A DNA stretch of 64,000 nt. Source: Octopus sinensis. Its lineage: Eukaryota. The first letter of the stretch is position 1. Every line of letters starts with the position of its first letter. Shown here piece by piece: positions 13,267 to 25,828 of the stretch. Made by a program: the position numbers and the translations under genes. The DNA is taken from NCBI RefSeq assembly GCF_006345805.1, contig NC_043007.1, positions 56,606,001 through 56,670,000 of the forward strand, written 5' to 3'. The notes below the pieces were generated by a model. The model was not told the DNA's origin. It did no database searches and saw only the letters and a program-made list of their open reading frames with translations.

Positions 13267-14960
13267 ATGACTATCGGGATATGGAATGTAAGAACTTTGT
13301 TCGATCCAAAGGAAGGTGACAACCAACCTGAAAGAAGAACAGTTCTCGTGGCTGAAGAACTTGTGAGACTAAATGTCGACGTTGCTATTTTGAGAGAGAC
13401 GAGACTTTCAGAGAAGGCAATATTGAAGAATCAGTTCGGATTATAACATCATTCGGAAGGGAAAAGGAGAACGTCATTGTGTAGATTTGGTTTTTGCCGT
13501 GAGGACACGATTAGTGAAGGATTATCATCTCACTCTAAAAGCCATCTATGAAAACTCATGACTCTCCGTATCCCACCCTCTAGAGCCAGACTCATCACTT
13601 GCATATCCGTCTATGCATCTATACTCCACACCAAGGAATATGTGAACCAAATCTATGAGCAGCTGAACACCATTCTTTTTAAATTACCACCTAAAGACAA
13701 ATTCATTTTACTTGGCAATTTCAGTGCCCGAATCAAAAAGAATTTCTCTCAGTGAGACAATATTATAGGAAAACAAGTCACCAGAATCTGCAACGCAAAC
13801 CGTTTCAAAATTACGTAGATGCATCCAAGTTCTAAGCATTAGCACGTCCTTGAATACAATCATCACTCATCACTTCCACAACTAAGACGTCACTATCATC
13901 AAGACAACAAGACAGAGAGAAGCTGTTGGGTAGACCAGAAAATCCCCATTAGCCGACTCAGAATTTCTGTTCATAGTAAACCACCTATCAACCAAGAAAA
14001 AAGTTCAATACACCGAAGCTTACAGACCAAGCAGAAGACTTCTAAGAATTCATCAAAGACCAACTGACAAACAGCCTAGCTAATACCAAAAGCACCAATG
14101 AAGAGTGGACAACAATCCTAAACGTCATCTAACAAGTGATTTAAAACACCATTGACTACACGAAAAGAAACAAACAGGATTGGTTCGACGGAGACAACTA
14201 AGAACTCTCTAAACTAATCAATGCTAAAAGAAGCCCACCTCAAACATGAAGAAAAACCGCTTTCAAGAGCTCAAGCTGGTATGTCAAGTTTGGATCAGAG
14301 AGAGTCAAAACAGCTGATTATATACAAAAGACTATTGTGCTTCGACGATCTGCAGATGCTGTGGGCCTTAGAAATGTCTGCGCTTCAACCAAAGAACTCT
14401 ACAGCCCAACATGAGCCTCAACATCGAATGCTGCCGGCAACGCCAACATTCTCGTTAATAGCCAAAGCGTATTAAACCGCTTGGAGGAATACCTCAGCAC
14501 TCTCCTAAATAGGATCTCCAATGCAGCTGAACAGCGCTTGTAAATCAGCAATTTTGTGAGTTTTGTCAAAAAAATGAAACCATGGAAATCGCCTGGTCCA
14601 GACGACATACTCATCCAATATGGTGGCCAGTCTTTGAAAGCAAAGGTATTCAACTGCATTCTGAAAATGTAAGAAACTCAAACAGTACTGGTAGATCTAA
14701 TGATCTACCGGTTACAATCTTTAAGAAAGCTAATCGCAGCATATCTGCCTCTTTATCCATGTGAATTTTTTTGCCTGAATACTGTTCAATCATCTTCAAC
14801 TTTTCTCAGTGAAAGTTTTGCAGAGGGATGACATATCATTAAAAAAATAATAATAGATCAAAAGATTTCCCGATCACCTACGGCTTAAACCAAGGATGTG
14901 TATTCGCCACAAATTTGTTCTTCCGATACCTAGCTGCTATACACCATAAAATTTCACTTA
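13267..14960 (+). mobile_element. RTE-clade LINE remnant (APE endonuclease + RT N-terminal part), many stops and frameshifts; 5' UTR probably extends to ~12730
   Basis: MTIGIWNVRTLFDPKEGDNQPERRTVLVAEEL..VDVAILRETRL; MTLRIP..ISVYA..DKFILLGNFSARI; KSPGPDDI..VTIFKKANRS; ITYGLNQGCVFATNLF (14876-14925). These are characteristic RTE/BovB-type motifs. Confidence 0.9.
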
Positions 14961-15263
14961 GCAGCAATTCGAAAAGCCCGCCATTTACATAGATGTGTAA
15001 GGGGTGAACAGTCCGATATACTACAGTGGATGCGACAGTTGTTCGTCTGGTATGTTGTTTTTGTTCATTCATTATAAATCTTGAAGCATGCTTGCACCGA
15101 TGAGTGAAGAGTGCATATAACTGCACTAATTACGAAATCACTGGTGATCTGCAGCTGAAATATGTTGCTTCGAGACTTGCTTTCGGTACGATATGTTTAT
15201 TTTAGTTGTTTTGACTTTAAGAGCCCCTCCTAGCGTGTGGCATTTATGTGTAATAAATCCCTC

Positions 15264-15343
<80 letters not shown>

Positions 15344-15426
15344 TGTATATAAGTTATGTACTGTGTCAATAAAGTTTTGATAAGCAATAAGCAGGTGGAA
15401 TCATCCATTTTTCGTACTTTTCATAG

Positions 15427-15490
15427 TCAATTCATTGGTCTCTGGACCGTGGTTAGAAGAATGTACTGCACATTGTCAAGTAGTTATGCT
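15427..15490 (+). CDS. Candidate internal exon (64 nt) of an unidentified gene
   Basis: Acceptor ttttcgtacttttcatag, donor GCT|gtgagt. Open in two frames (QFIGLWTVVRRMYCTLSSSYA or NSLVSGPWLEECTAHCQVVM). No homology recognised. Confidence 0.3.
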
Positions 15491-15757
15491 GTGAGTGGTT
15501 TTAGCCATTGAACTGCTGTCCTTCTACAAGTAATCGATGGTAATGATACCTGTTACTTTTTATATTACTCTCTAAAGTTTGGTACATATTTTGTTGAACT
15601 TTATTTATTGGACCGCAAACTTACAGAAACGTAAACATATGTTCGTGCGCGCACGCTCACACACTCACATAATACATATCTTTCTGTCTCACCCTCCCGC
15701 TCTCTCTTTCTCTCTCTCTCTCTCTCGGTATATATATATATGTGTGTGTGTGTGTGA

Positions 15758-15798
<41 letters not shown>

Positions 15799-16199
15799 CA
15801 CATATATACAACGGGTTTCTGTTAAGCTAATTTGTCCCACTGATTTTGTGGATAAAATGTATTATAAAACATATATAGTTATTCAACTACGGTAGTAGTT
15901 GGATAATATTCTTAAGGCCGCAATTTACTCACACGCAGCATATTTTAGAGCTTGTCGCTAATTCAATTCTTAACCAAATTGAAAACTGGGAACATTTTTG
16001 AAGAGGACTGGTCCCTAGCTACATTTTGGCATAAAAAAATTGAGGTTTGGTCCAGCAGAAAAAAGTTGACATCAAAATTTCTACCAACGTTATCAAGTTT
16101 AGATCTGAGTAACTTTTTTGTTTTAAAAGCAAAATATAAGGCAAAAAATTAAAGATTTAAGTATAATTATCTTTTTTATTAAAACAAACTATAACTTGA

Positions 16200-16478
16200 C
16201 GTATATGTATTTGTGAAGGGAGCTGACTTCTCGTCGACAACCATGATTGTCACACGCTGATGAAAGGTAAACACCTTGAAACTCGGGTCCGTGTGTATCA
16301 TGAGTTGAAGGCGGGGAGGATGACTTCCCTTCACAAATACTGAGAGGACATAGATAGTGTGTCTATAGCCAGCTGGAGGAGATATCTTCCTTTGGCTACA
16401 AACTACAGTAGCATCCACCCTTAGGGGTTAGCCATATTCAAATGGCAAATATAACTCGCTCTGAGATTTATCATTGTT
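16200..16478 (+). mobile_element. Retrozyme-like / HHR-bearing short insert flanked by a 14-bp direct repeat
   Basis: aaactataacttga at 16186-16199 and 16479-16492. The interior is non-coding, highly self-complementary and contains a canonical HHR. Confidence 0.65.
16251..16295 (+). ncRNA. Canonical type I hammerhead ribozyme
   Basis: Stem I CACACG/CGTGTG; core CTGATGA (16257-16263); stem II AAGGT-AAAC-ACCTT; GAAA (16278-16281); stem III AC-TCGG-GT; cleavage triplet GTC (16287-16289). All conserved core nucleotides are present. Confidence 0.88.
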
Positions 16479-16846
16479 AAACTATAACTTGATTAAGCTT
16501 AATTGATAGAGCTCAATTCCAGGAATTTCATAGTATCAATCTCATGCAATGAAGTTTTAGAAGAAAAAAGTTATTGAATGTCTGTTCTGTTTCTCTAATT
16601 TGGGAGATAATATAGTTTCTCAAATTTGGGTGATAATATAGTTCTATACTTTTTTATGAATATCGTTCTATAAGGGGACTTGTAATATATGTCACCGGCG
16701 TGATTGAGGTAAGGAAAAAATTATCAACGATACGCTAATTGACACATTTGACACATTATTAATTAGCATAATAGCATAGCCTAGGAAAATCATGAATTAC
16801 ATGAAAAAATGCGAGCAAGAAAAATAATATTCCTAAAATTATAAAA

Positions 16847-16924
16847 CTGGAAAAGCACAGGACAAGTTATTACACTTGGAAAAGTTCAGGACAACTTATT
16901 ACACCTGGTAAAGTACAGAGCAAG
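16847..16924. repeat. 29-bp minisatellite, ~2.6 degenerate units
   Basis: ctggaaaagcacaggacaagttattacac / ttggaaaagttcaggacaacttattacac / ctggtaaagtacagagcaag. Confidence 0.7.
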
Positions 16925-17363
16925 AAAATTTTTACTTAAACTATTTCAGCTAAGGATAAAAACTGAATATTAAAAATTATTTGATTTTAATTTACAAAGT
17001 AACATCTGTACGTAGGATGTGTGTGTGTGTGTGTGTGTGCGTCTGTGTGTGTGTGTGTGTACGTGAATGTAAGTTATGCACGTCCACAAATTAGCACGCA
17101 TGTCGCTCCAATTTTAGGAGGACATTCATCATGATCCTAGTTGCATTTTCGTTAACTTATTTCCCCCTGAGACACCAGCAAACAGCAGTAAAAATGAATT
17201 TTCGACCAAAACTTTTAACAATTTTCTAGTCGAAGAAATCACCTTTGTTTACAAACAAGAGTTAAGTCCTCTTCTAGTGACGAGTAAGATTTGGTTAAGA
17301 CTTTTGTAGTTTTTTCCCTCGAGAAAAAAAGTGTTTTGTTGATACACGGGTAACACACACACA

Positions 17364-17429
<66 letters not shown>

Positions 17430-17764
17430 CACACACACACATACGAACATGTATATGTACAAAAAACATGTATGCAATAGGTGTGCGTATGTACGTGTGT
17501 GTATGTGTGTGTGTGTGTGTGTGTGTGTTGCCCATATATATATACTTAAGACTTAGTTGTGATCTGAACATAACTGCTTGTGACATATTTTGTACTGTAT
17601 TTGCTTAGCACACCTTAGCTGGTCACCACATTGAAGAACTTTTAGTCGAATGTGTGTATGTATGTATGTATGTATGCATCTGTATATGTATGGATATATG
17701 TGTGTGTGTGTGTAGATGTATATAGGTATGTATGTAAGTATGTGAACATGTATGTATTTATGTA

Positions 17765-18118
17765 ACGCCGGGCGAAATGCTTAGCGGTATTTCGTCTGCC
17801 GCTACGTTCTGAGTTCAAATTCCGTCGAGGTCGACTTTGCCTTTCGTTAAATAAGTACTAGTTACGCACTGGGATCGATGTAATCGGCTTAATCCGTTTG
17901 TCCGTCCTTGTTTGTCCTTGTTTAGCCCCTTGTAGGTAGTAAAGAAATAGGTATTTCGTTTGCCGCTACGTTCTGAGTTCAAATTTCGCCGATGTTCACT
18001 TTGCCTTTCATCCTTTCGAGCTCGATAAATTAAGTACCAGCTGCGTACTGGAGTCGATCTAATTGACTGGCCCCCTTCCCAAAATTTCGGGCTTTGTACC
18101 TAGAGTAGAAAAGATTAT
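17765..18118 (+). mobile_element. SINE family 1, dimeric copy (tail A unit fused to a 5'-truncated tail B unit)
   Basis: Two successive gagttcaaat..gtcgat..aagta cores. The first ends in ttaatccgtttgtc..gtagtaaagaaata, the second in cccaaaatttcgggctttgtacctagagtagaaaag. Confidence 0.85.
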
Positions 18119-18257
18119 CTGTCTCAGATCATTATGTCTGGTGTGTTAAGCATACATTTTACACAGGTTTTCACTGAAACATTCCATCACGCTTTATTCA
18201 TATTATGAATGAATATATTCTCTAAATCAATGCAATTCTTTCTACTTTGATCTTCAG

Positions 18258-18343
18258 GATATTTCCTTTCTAAGAACTGCGTTGTGTAGCCAAGGCATCG
18301 TTTTAACTCTCACATCATGCCTTATACTTAGTTGGTTATTATG
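18258..18343 (+). CDS. Candidate internal exon (86 nt), hydrophobic peptide
   Basis: Acceptor ttctttctactttgatcttcag, donor ATG|gtacgt. Only phase 0 is open: DISFLRTALCSQGIVLTLTSCLILSWLL. Phase-compatible with 15427-15490. Confidence 0.3.
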
Positions 18344-18393
18344 GTACGTATATAAGTATGTATGTATGAATGGATGGGTGGATGTATTATATA

Positions 18394-18446
<53 letters not shown>

Positions 18447-19049
18447 TGTACACATGTATGTGCATGTGTATGCACAACTACATAAAGGCACATATGATTT
18501 TAAATATATATATATATTATATTAAATTAGAGATAAAACCACTATTAGGCAAATCAAACAGTGAAAAACATAAGCCAATACATAAAATTAATTTTAAAAT
18601 ATAAAAGTTAAAACTTAAAAAATTATTTAAATAATTTAAACTTATAAATTTTAAATATATATATATATTATATATATATATATAAAATATATATATATAT
18701 GTATGTATGTATATTTTTATATTTATATATTATTTTATTTATTAATTAATTAATTTATTTATTTTTTTTTTATAAATATCAAAAGTATTAAAAGTTTAAT
18801 AAAAGATAAAAGATATATATATATATATAGTCATGTGTATTTATGCAGTTGTGCATACACACGCATGTATGTATGTATGTATGTATGTATGTATGTATGT
18901 ATGTATGTATGTATGTATGTATGTGTGTATGTATTTTATGTATGTATGTATGTATGTATGTATTTATGTATGTATGTATGCATGTGTGTGTGTATGATTA
19001 TTTTTTTAGTTTCTTTGATTTTACTTAAGAGATTTCAAGCCGGTCGCTA

Positions 19050-19252
19050 ACAAAGGCTTATTGAGTAAAGAAAGTTCCCGGTGTTTGAAAATATGTGGTT
19101 GGGCTGGTGTTTTAGTTGAACAGTCGATGTATACACCCAAGTGTGTGCATCTATTCACATAAGAATCTCCCATGGAGATTTTTGGAATGTCTTACAAATC
19201 ATCACTGTGCCACTAATAGATTGGATTTAGAGAATCCGCATCAGTTTCTTTT

Positions 19253-19333
<81 letters not shown>

Positions 19334-20490
19334 TACTCCATGAAACTGAGTATTTCTAGGTTTTTGTGCTAAGTTATCGGTACCTAACCTAATGCACCTA
19401 TATCGAGAGGTACAAACGAGGAGATATAGTCAGGATACAAGAGCTGTAAGTTCCGCATTAATTTTTCCTGGACTTTTGATTGTACATTCACATCCGCTGG
19501 GCAGCTGACCTCTGCAATAGTGCATGTCCCACAGAACAATATCAGGTCAGTTGTTTGCACCGCATTGCTCTCCCACCAGCATTCCTTGTTTTTAAAGGTG
19601 TGAAAATGCTGTTTCTGACATGCCTCTGATATGTACGTCACGGCAGTCCTTCCTGTGGATACCATTATAAATAGTCTTTGCAACCATACCTTGCTTTGGG
19701 GCTGGTAGTGTCTTTTAGGCATTTCAGAGTAGCTGCTGATATGAATGATATATTCCACACCAGATTAGCAGAGACATTTTTTATCATAACGTGAAAGTGT
19801 GGTAGTATTTTTGTTCTTGTTTACCAGGTATTTAGCAGCTAGTTCCTGTTCCTGGACAGCGAAGGCATACCTTTCTAGGCGAGATGTAACGTAATCTATC
19901 ATAGGTTCAGGAGAGGCTACTCTTTCTGTCAATGCTGTTGTTGAGGTCAAGTTTACGGCATATGTATCCATGGATTTCTTTTTAATAGTATGATGCCTGC
20001 TTCTCCTTCAAGCTTCTGTATTGGTAGGACAGTCCAGCCTCCTCTGGGTCGCATGAGACAATTGTATTCTCAAGATACCTGCACAATAGTTCTTCTCCAA
20101 CCGTGAAGATGTTGTTGCTCTCACTTTGCATGTATTGTATTCATTTCTTTCTTTACTGCTTAGTAGATATTGTCTGAGATATACAATGCGATATTCAAAG
20201 GGTATTTGGACTGACGTTATGCCGCAACCACCATCACTTCATCTCATAAATTCTATCGGTTACGCTGTTAACGTGAAACTTGCCAGTGATGGTCAGTACC
20301 TTTCTGGTTTTGATATCAGGCTACGTATTTCATCGAGTGTCCAGTCCAGTATCTCATGTTAGTGCTATGACTGGTACTGCAAAAGCATTGTGAGATATGA
20401 TCTTATTTAATGCAGATGGCTCTAAATTGCATATTTTCCGGAGTCTACAGAAGAACTTTTTGTTATTCTGGCACCAATATGCAACATTTT
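19050..20490 (-). mobile_element. RLE-type (R4/NeSL-like) non-LTR retrotransposon, 3' half, degenerate
   Basis: RT-thumb-like DRIY..RSDGGCG..FEYRIVYLRQYLL; YAFAVQEQELAAKYLVNK; Cys/His knuckle remnant; RLE motif DLILF..CTIAEVSCPADVN..EKL..LQLLYPDY..FVPLDIGALG. A (GA)n expansion interrupts the ORF end. Confidence 0.85.
19254..19330. repeat. (CT)n microsatellite inside the LINE remnant
   Basis: Direct reading. Confidence 0.97.
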
Positions 20491-21094
20491 CATCGATTTC
20501 GAGGTCTTTTAGTTTTCGGAATTAGAGATAGGGGAGATAGAAAACCTTTGCAGTACATACATACATACATACATACATAAATACATACATACATACATAC
20601 ATAAATACATACGTACGTATGTATGTATGTATGTATGTATGTATGTATGTATGTATGTATGTATGCATGCATGTATGCATGTATGTATGTATATATTAAT
20701 ATATGCATGTATGTACATTCTCTTTGTAAAACTTTGTATTTTTGCACATTTTGTATTTTGCAATGCGGATATGTAGGAAAGCGAAAGAGAGGGGGAAGAA
20801 ATGGAGGGGGAGAGAGAAAGAGAGCACTTATTAGTGAATAATTGTATTATGTCAGTGTGTACACTTGCAGTAATGTATGCATGAAATGAGTACAACTAAA
20901 TTTTCATAAAGTTGATTGAAGTCTATGAAATGGTAATATTATTCAGAGTCCTTAGAGCGCCTGATCAGGTCTTTAGTACACCACTTTAATTTGATTTCAA
21001 ATCCTATTGGGATAGATAGTATCTTTCATTCATCCGGCAACGATAACAATAATACACCTGTCATGTACTGGATCTGTTTATACCTAATTATGAC

Positions 21095-21525
21095 GGCAAT
21101 CTGGCAGAATCGTTAGCATACCGGACAAAATGCTTAGCGGCATTTCGTCCGTATTTACATTCTGAGTTCAAATTCTACTGTCATCGACTTTATCTCGTGT
21201 CCTTTCTGAGTCGATGAAAGTAAGTATTAGTTGAGTATTTGGGACGATATAATCGACTAATAGCCCCCTCTCACAAAATTTCAAACCTTGCGCCTATTAG
21301 TAGAAAGGATTGATACTATTGCTACAAAGGCGGTGCGTGGGACAAAACACTTAGCAGTATGTCTTCTGGTTTTAGGCTATGAGTTCCAACTCAGCCGTGG
21401 TCACCATTCATCCTTTCGTGGTGGATAAAATGCGCACATGTCGATCACTGGGATGGGGGGGGGCGATGTAATCGACTTACACCTTCCCGCCAAAATTTCA
21501 AGTTTTGTTTCTATAGTAGAAAGGT
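21095..21525 (+). mobile_element. Two adjacent diverged SINE family 1 copies
   Basis: ctggcagaatcgttagcataccggacaaaatgcttagcgg..gagttcaaatt (21100-21310) and a second core gagttccaactcagccgtggtc..cctttcgtggtggataaa..gtaatcgact..caaaatttc. Confidence 0.8.
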
Positions 21526-22073
21526 TTATCACTATTATTACTTGCATTGTTATATCGCTGTTTTTGGATAGACTTCTTCGATACATATTAATTCCATGTA
21601 AAGTTCGTGATGATTGTCATAAATCATGAGGTCCTTAACGGGATATTTTCCCCTTATTTTCTTTAACTTTCTTCTTAGTTTCAGTCCCTAGGGTGCGGCT
21701 TTGCTGTAGCACCACCGTTATTTCTGTATTTTTCAAAATATTTTCTGCCAGAATGTGAGGGAAATGGCATTATAAGTGGGACGTGTCATTTGTTACAATC
21801 GTCCAACTTTAAAATCTATCCACATTCAGGTTCTTAATTTTCTAAATTTTTCTTTCTCACTTTCCTCCATTCTTTTACTATTTTCATCATTCTCTCGACC
21901 CCCCCCCCCCATACTCTATATCTCTCTATTTACCATGTTCTAAACGTTTCCTTTGCTTTACCATTCAATAAAAATTTCTACAAAACAAAGTAAAAATTAG
22001 ACAATAAAGCAGAATTCTTATAAATTAAGCGCATATGCAGCCATATGTGTGTGTTCTTGCTCTTTCTGTGTCA

Positions 22074-22074
22074 G

Positions 22075-22156
<82 letters not shown>

Positions 22157-22165
22157 TAGTAGTAA

Positions 22166-22201
<36 letters not shown>
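22074..22201. repeat. Compound (GCA)n/(GTA)n triplet repeat
   Basis: Direct reading. Confidence 0.95.
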
Positions 22202-22202
<1 letters not shown>

Positions 22203-22450
22203 TTTATCATTATTTATTTTTGTTGTTTTTCAATCAAGAAGCCTCGTAACAATTTCGAGATGCCGGTCAGTCGGTGCATTTACTCACCACTGGAAACATG
22301 ATAAAATACATAAACACATAAAAATAAACAAAATCAACACTTTCAGATAAAGTGAGAGAAGAAGCCATGTCTGCTGGTGTGTTCCACAAATCAAACAAGC
22401 AAATGTACTAAACCAATCGTATCGTTCAGTTATCTCATTTCCCATTTCAG

Positions 22451-22505
22451 CCTCTTTCTGAAAAACAACTAAATTTACTAGTCACTTGGAGGACAATATC
22501 TTCCG
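22451..22505 (+). CDS. Candidate internal exon (55 nt)
   Basis: Acceptor tctcatttcccatttcag, consensus donor CCG|gtaagt. Only phase 0 is open: PLSEKQLNLLVTWRTISS. Confidence 0.3.
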
Positions 22506-22694
22506 GTAAGTAATTCTGTCCTTAAATCTAAATACATACATGCATACATACATACATACATACATACATACATACATGCATACAACATATTTCTACATGC
22601 ATGCATATTACAAACGTGTCACACCGACGTACGAACACAAAATACATAGGTATTTATGTGTGCATATGTATGTGGGTATGTTTATGTATGCATG

Positions 22695-22742
<48 letters not shown>

Positions 22743-22764
22743 CATACATACATACATACATACA

Positions 22765-22795
<31 letters not shown>

Positions 22796-23307
22796 GTATA
22801 CATAAATATATATATGTATGTGTGTGTGCGCATGTGTGTATATATGAATGTGTATTTATACGTACACACACATGCTTGCCTATATAATTCTTTTTATATA
22901 CATACATGCATGCATACATACATACATGCATGCATGCACGCATGCATACATACATACATACATACATACATACATACATACATGTTTTTGCTCTTACTGG
23001 CAATTAAATACCTTGAACAAGACTGTTAGCTTGTAAATAGAATTCACCTCATTACAAGCACTCGAACCAGTTTCCGCTTCCTCCAGCCACGTTTTACGTG
23101 CTGATATTGACCTGTAAATGTTTGCGAAGATCACCAGCCGTATCTATAACATCTATCTAAATTAACCGGTAAATTTCACTCAATCTCTGATCAATCATGC
23201 TTTGCGTCATCGTACTTTGCGTCATCCGTTTTTAGCACCCTTTTGTTTTCTATTTATATTTGCTTGTTTCATTGTATCATCTATATACTATGTTTAATAG
23301 AAACATA

Positions 23308-23696
23308 GGTGCAGACGTGGCTGTGTACTAAGAAGCTTGCTTCCAAACCACATCTCCGGGTTCAGGTCCACTGCGTGGAACCTTGGGCAAGTGACTTCTA
23401 CCACACCCTTAGGCTGACCTTGTGAGTATATTTCGTAGACAGAAACTGAAGGAAGCCCGTGGTATATATCTATGTGTGTGTATGTCTTTGTCTTTGTGTC
23501 TGTCCCCACCGCATGACAACCGGTGTTGGTGTGTTTACGTTCCCGTAACTTAGCGGTTCGGAAAAGAGACCGATAGAATAAGTGCAAAGCTTTTAAAAAA
23601 ATGTACTGCAGGCGATTAATTCGACTAAAACTTCTTCAAGGCGGTACTCCAGAATGGTCGCAGTTGAATGACTGAAATAAGTAAAAGATAAAAGAT
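23308..23696 (+). mobile_element. SINE family 2, near full length (tRNA-like head, ccttgggcaagt central block, aaagat-repeat tail)
   Basis: ggtgcagacgtggctgtg..ccgggttcaggtccactgcgtggaaccttgggcaagtg..gacagaaactgaaggaagcccg..cccgtaacttagcggttcgg..gcggtactccagaatggtcgcagttgaatgactgaaataagtaaaagataaaagata. Confidence 0.85.
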
Positions 23697-24123
23697 AGGC
23701 ATTATTAAATGTACATACTTAAGATATATTCGAGCTACTTTTACGGATTGTTCACCACACCGACATTAAACCATTCAAATTTCATAGATATTTCATTGTA
23801 ACACTATCCTTAGTATGTCCGTTTTAGCATTTAATAAGCCACTTTTCTTTCATAAGCAAGTGTTTCCCGCATTTCTTGGATAAATGTTTTACAAATTGGA
23901 CTTAAGGAATTCAGTGATGTTGTTTCTTCAATCCATGAAAGTGACGCTGATTGGAATCCAAACAAGGTTTTCTAAACTTTACAAAAGCATCGTCTTTGGC
24001 TGAGGCAGGACTCAAAGTCACTTTTTGTCGCTTGCTAATCAATACCCTATTGATTCTATGCGGTCACATTTTTATACACACACACACACACATGAAGATA
24101 TAACGCTCTCTCTCTAACTCTCT

Positions 24124-24168
<45 letters not shown>

Positions 24169-24552
24169 TGCCTCTGTCTCACACTCACACGCTAACACAC
24201 ATCCATACACATGCAAATTTAAAGAACATTACAAGTCGAAATAGAAAAAATGCACAGATGAAGGACTGTAGGAATCTGTAACGGCGATTGAGCATAGCCA
24301 AAATCTAAAAAAACAGAGTGTGTGTGTGTGTGTGTGTGTGCTGCGCGCGCGCGCGTGCGTGTGTGTATGTGTGCGTGTCTGTGTGTGTCTATGTCTGTGT
24401 GTGCGTGTGTGCGTGTGTGTGTACATGCGTGTTTATGAGAACGAATATATAAATTGCATGACATGCGTTGGATACTTTTCTCCTGTATGTACACTAAAAT
24501 ATATATTTGTATGATGTCAATGGATTATATATTTATATCTATTTTTTAACTA

Positions 24553-25828
24553 TCAGGTCATCCCATAAGTTCTGTCCGATTTTACTATTTTTTTAAACTG
24601 AATGAAATGTAATAGTATTTTAGAATGTCTAATGGAATTAAAAATTAGTTTTATGCATTTGTGTATATTTAAACTAATTAAATATTATTTTACAGAATAA
24701 TAGAATTAAAATTTCTTTAATTAAAACCCTTTCTAACATGGAAGTATCCAAAGAGCATTTGAGGCACATAATGCTTTATGAGAACAAAAAAAGGAAACTC
24801 TGCAGCCGAAGCGACTCGGATCATAAACTCAGTTTATGGGAAAGAATGCTTCAATAAAAGAACTTGCAGAATATGGTTTGCAAAATACAGAAGTGGAGAT
24901 TTCGGCCTTGAAGATGAAGATCGAACCAGTTGAGTTGATGCTAAGCTCCTTGAGGCATTACTTGAAGAAAATCCTGCATTATCAGTTGAAGAATTGGCAA
25001 TAAAGCTTAGTTCAAACCATACAACTGCTTATCGTCATCTTCAACAACTTGGAAAGGTTCCTAAACATGGAAAATGGGTGACTCATGAATTGTCCAAAAG
25101 CAACCGCAAATCCCGAGTTGACATCTGCTCTTCTCTCCTTTCTCGCGAACTCATTTTACCCTTTTTGGATAGACCTCTGACTGGTGACGAATAATGGATC
25201 TTCTATCGAAATATTAAACGTCGTAAACAGTGGCTTGGTAAAAGAGAAAAAGCTGAACCACAATCGAGAAGGGAACTTCATGGGGAAAAAGTTATTTCTA
25301 TCTGGTGGGATTGCAAAGGAGTAATTCACTTTGAATTATTACTACCTAATGCAACGATCAATGCTCAAGTCTACTGTCAGCAATTAGAGCGCTTGAACCA
25401 AGATTTGAAGAAAAAAGGACCCGCTTTAGTGAATCGAAAATGAGTGATGTTTCGTCAAGACAATGCGCGATACCACATGCAAAGATCACATCACAGAAGA
25501 TCGTAGAGCTTAGGTGGGAAAAATTCCTCATCCACCTTATTCTCCAGACCTTGCTCCTTCAGACTACCATTTGTTTCATAGTTTACAGAATCATTTGGGG
25601 GACATATTCTTTCGCAAGCATGGAGGAGGTCGAAACTAACATTTCAGAGTTCTTCGCTTGAAACCAAAAGAGTTTTACATTGATGGGATTAAAAAGCTTG
25701 TAAATAGATGGAAGGAAGTCATAGATAATCAGGTAGAGTACAATGATGATTAAATTTCAATTAAATATAACATTCGATCACTTGTTTTCTTTATTCAAAA
25801 TTCGGAAAGAACTTTTGGGATAACCTGA
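24553..25828 (+). mobile_element. Mariner (DD34D) DNA transposon, full length 1276 bp, inactive transposase; resembles mellifera/cecropia-type
   Basis: TA|TCAGGTCATCCCATAAGTTCTGTCCGATTTT and a right TIR with 4 mismatches over ~31 bp |TA. ATG at 24738 MEVSKEHLRHIMLY; motifs WVTHEL, TGDE*W, QDNAR, (H)PPYSPDLAPSDYHLF. Premature stops (25192, 25441) and frameshifts. Confidence 0.95.

Noticed and set aside
16847-16924. 29-bp repeats as a CRISPR-like array
   Set aside because: The units are directly adjacent and degenerate, with no spacers or cas genes; eukaryotic context.
22035-22350. Poly-Ser / poly-Val / poly-Leu ORFs
   Set aside because: Translation of the GCA/GTA triplet repeat.
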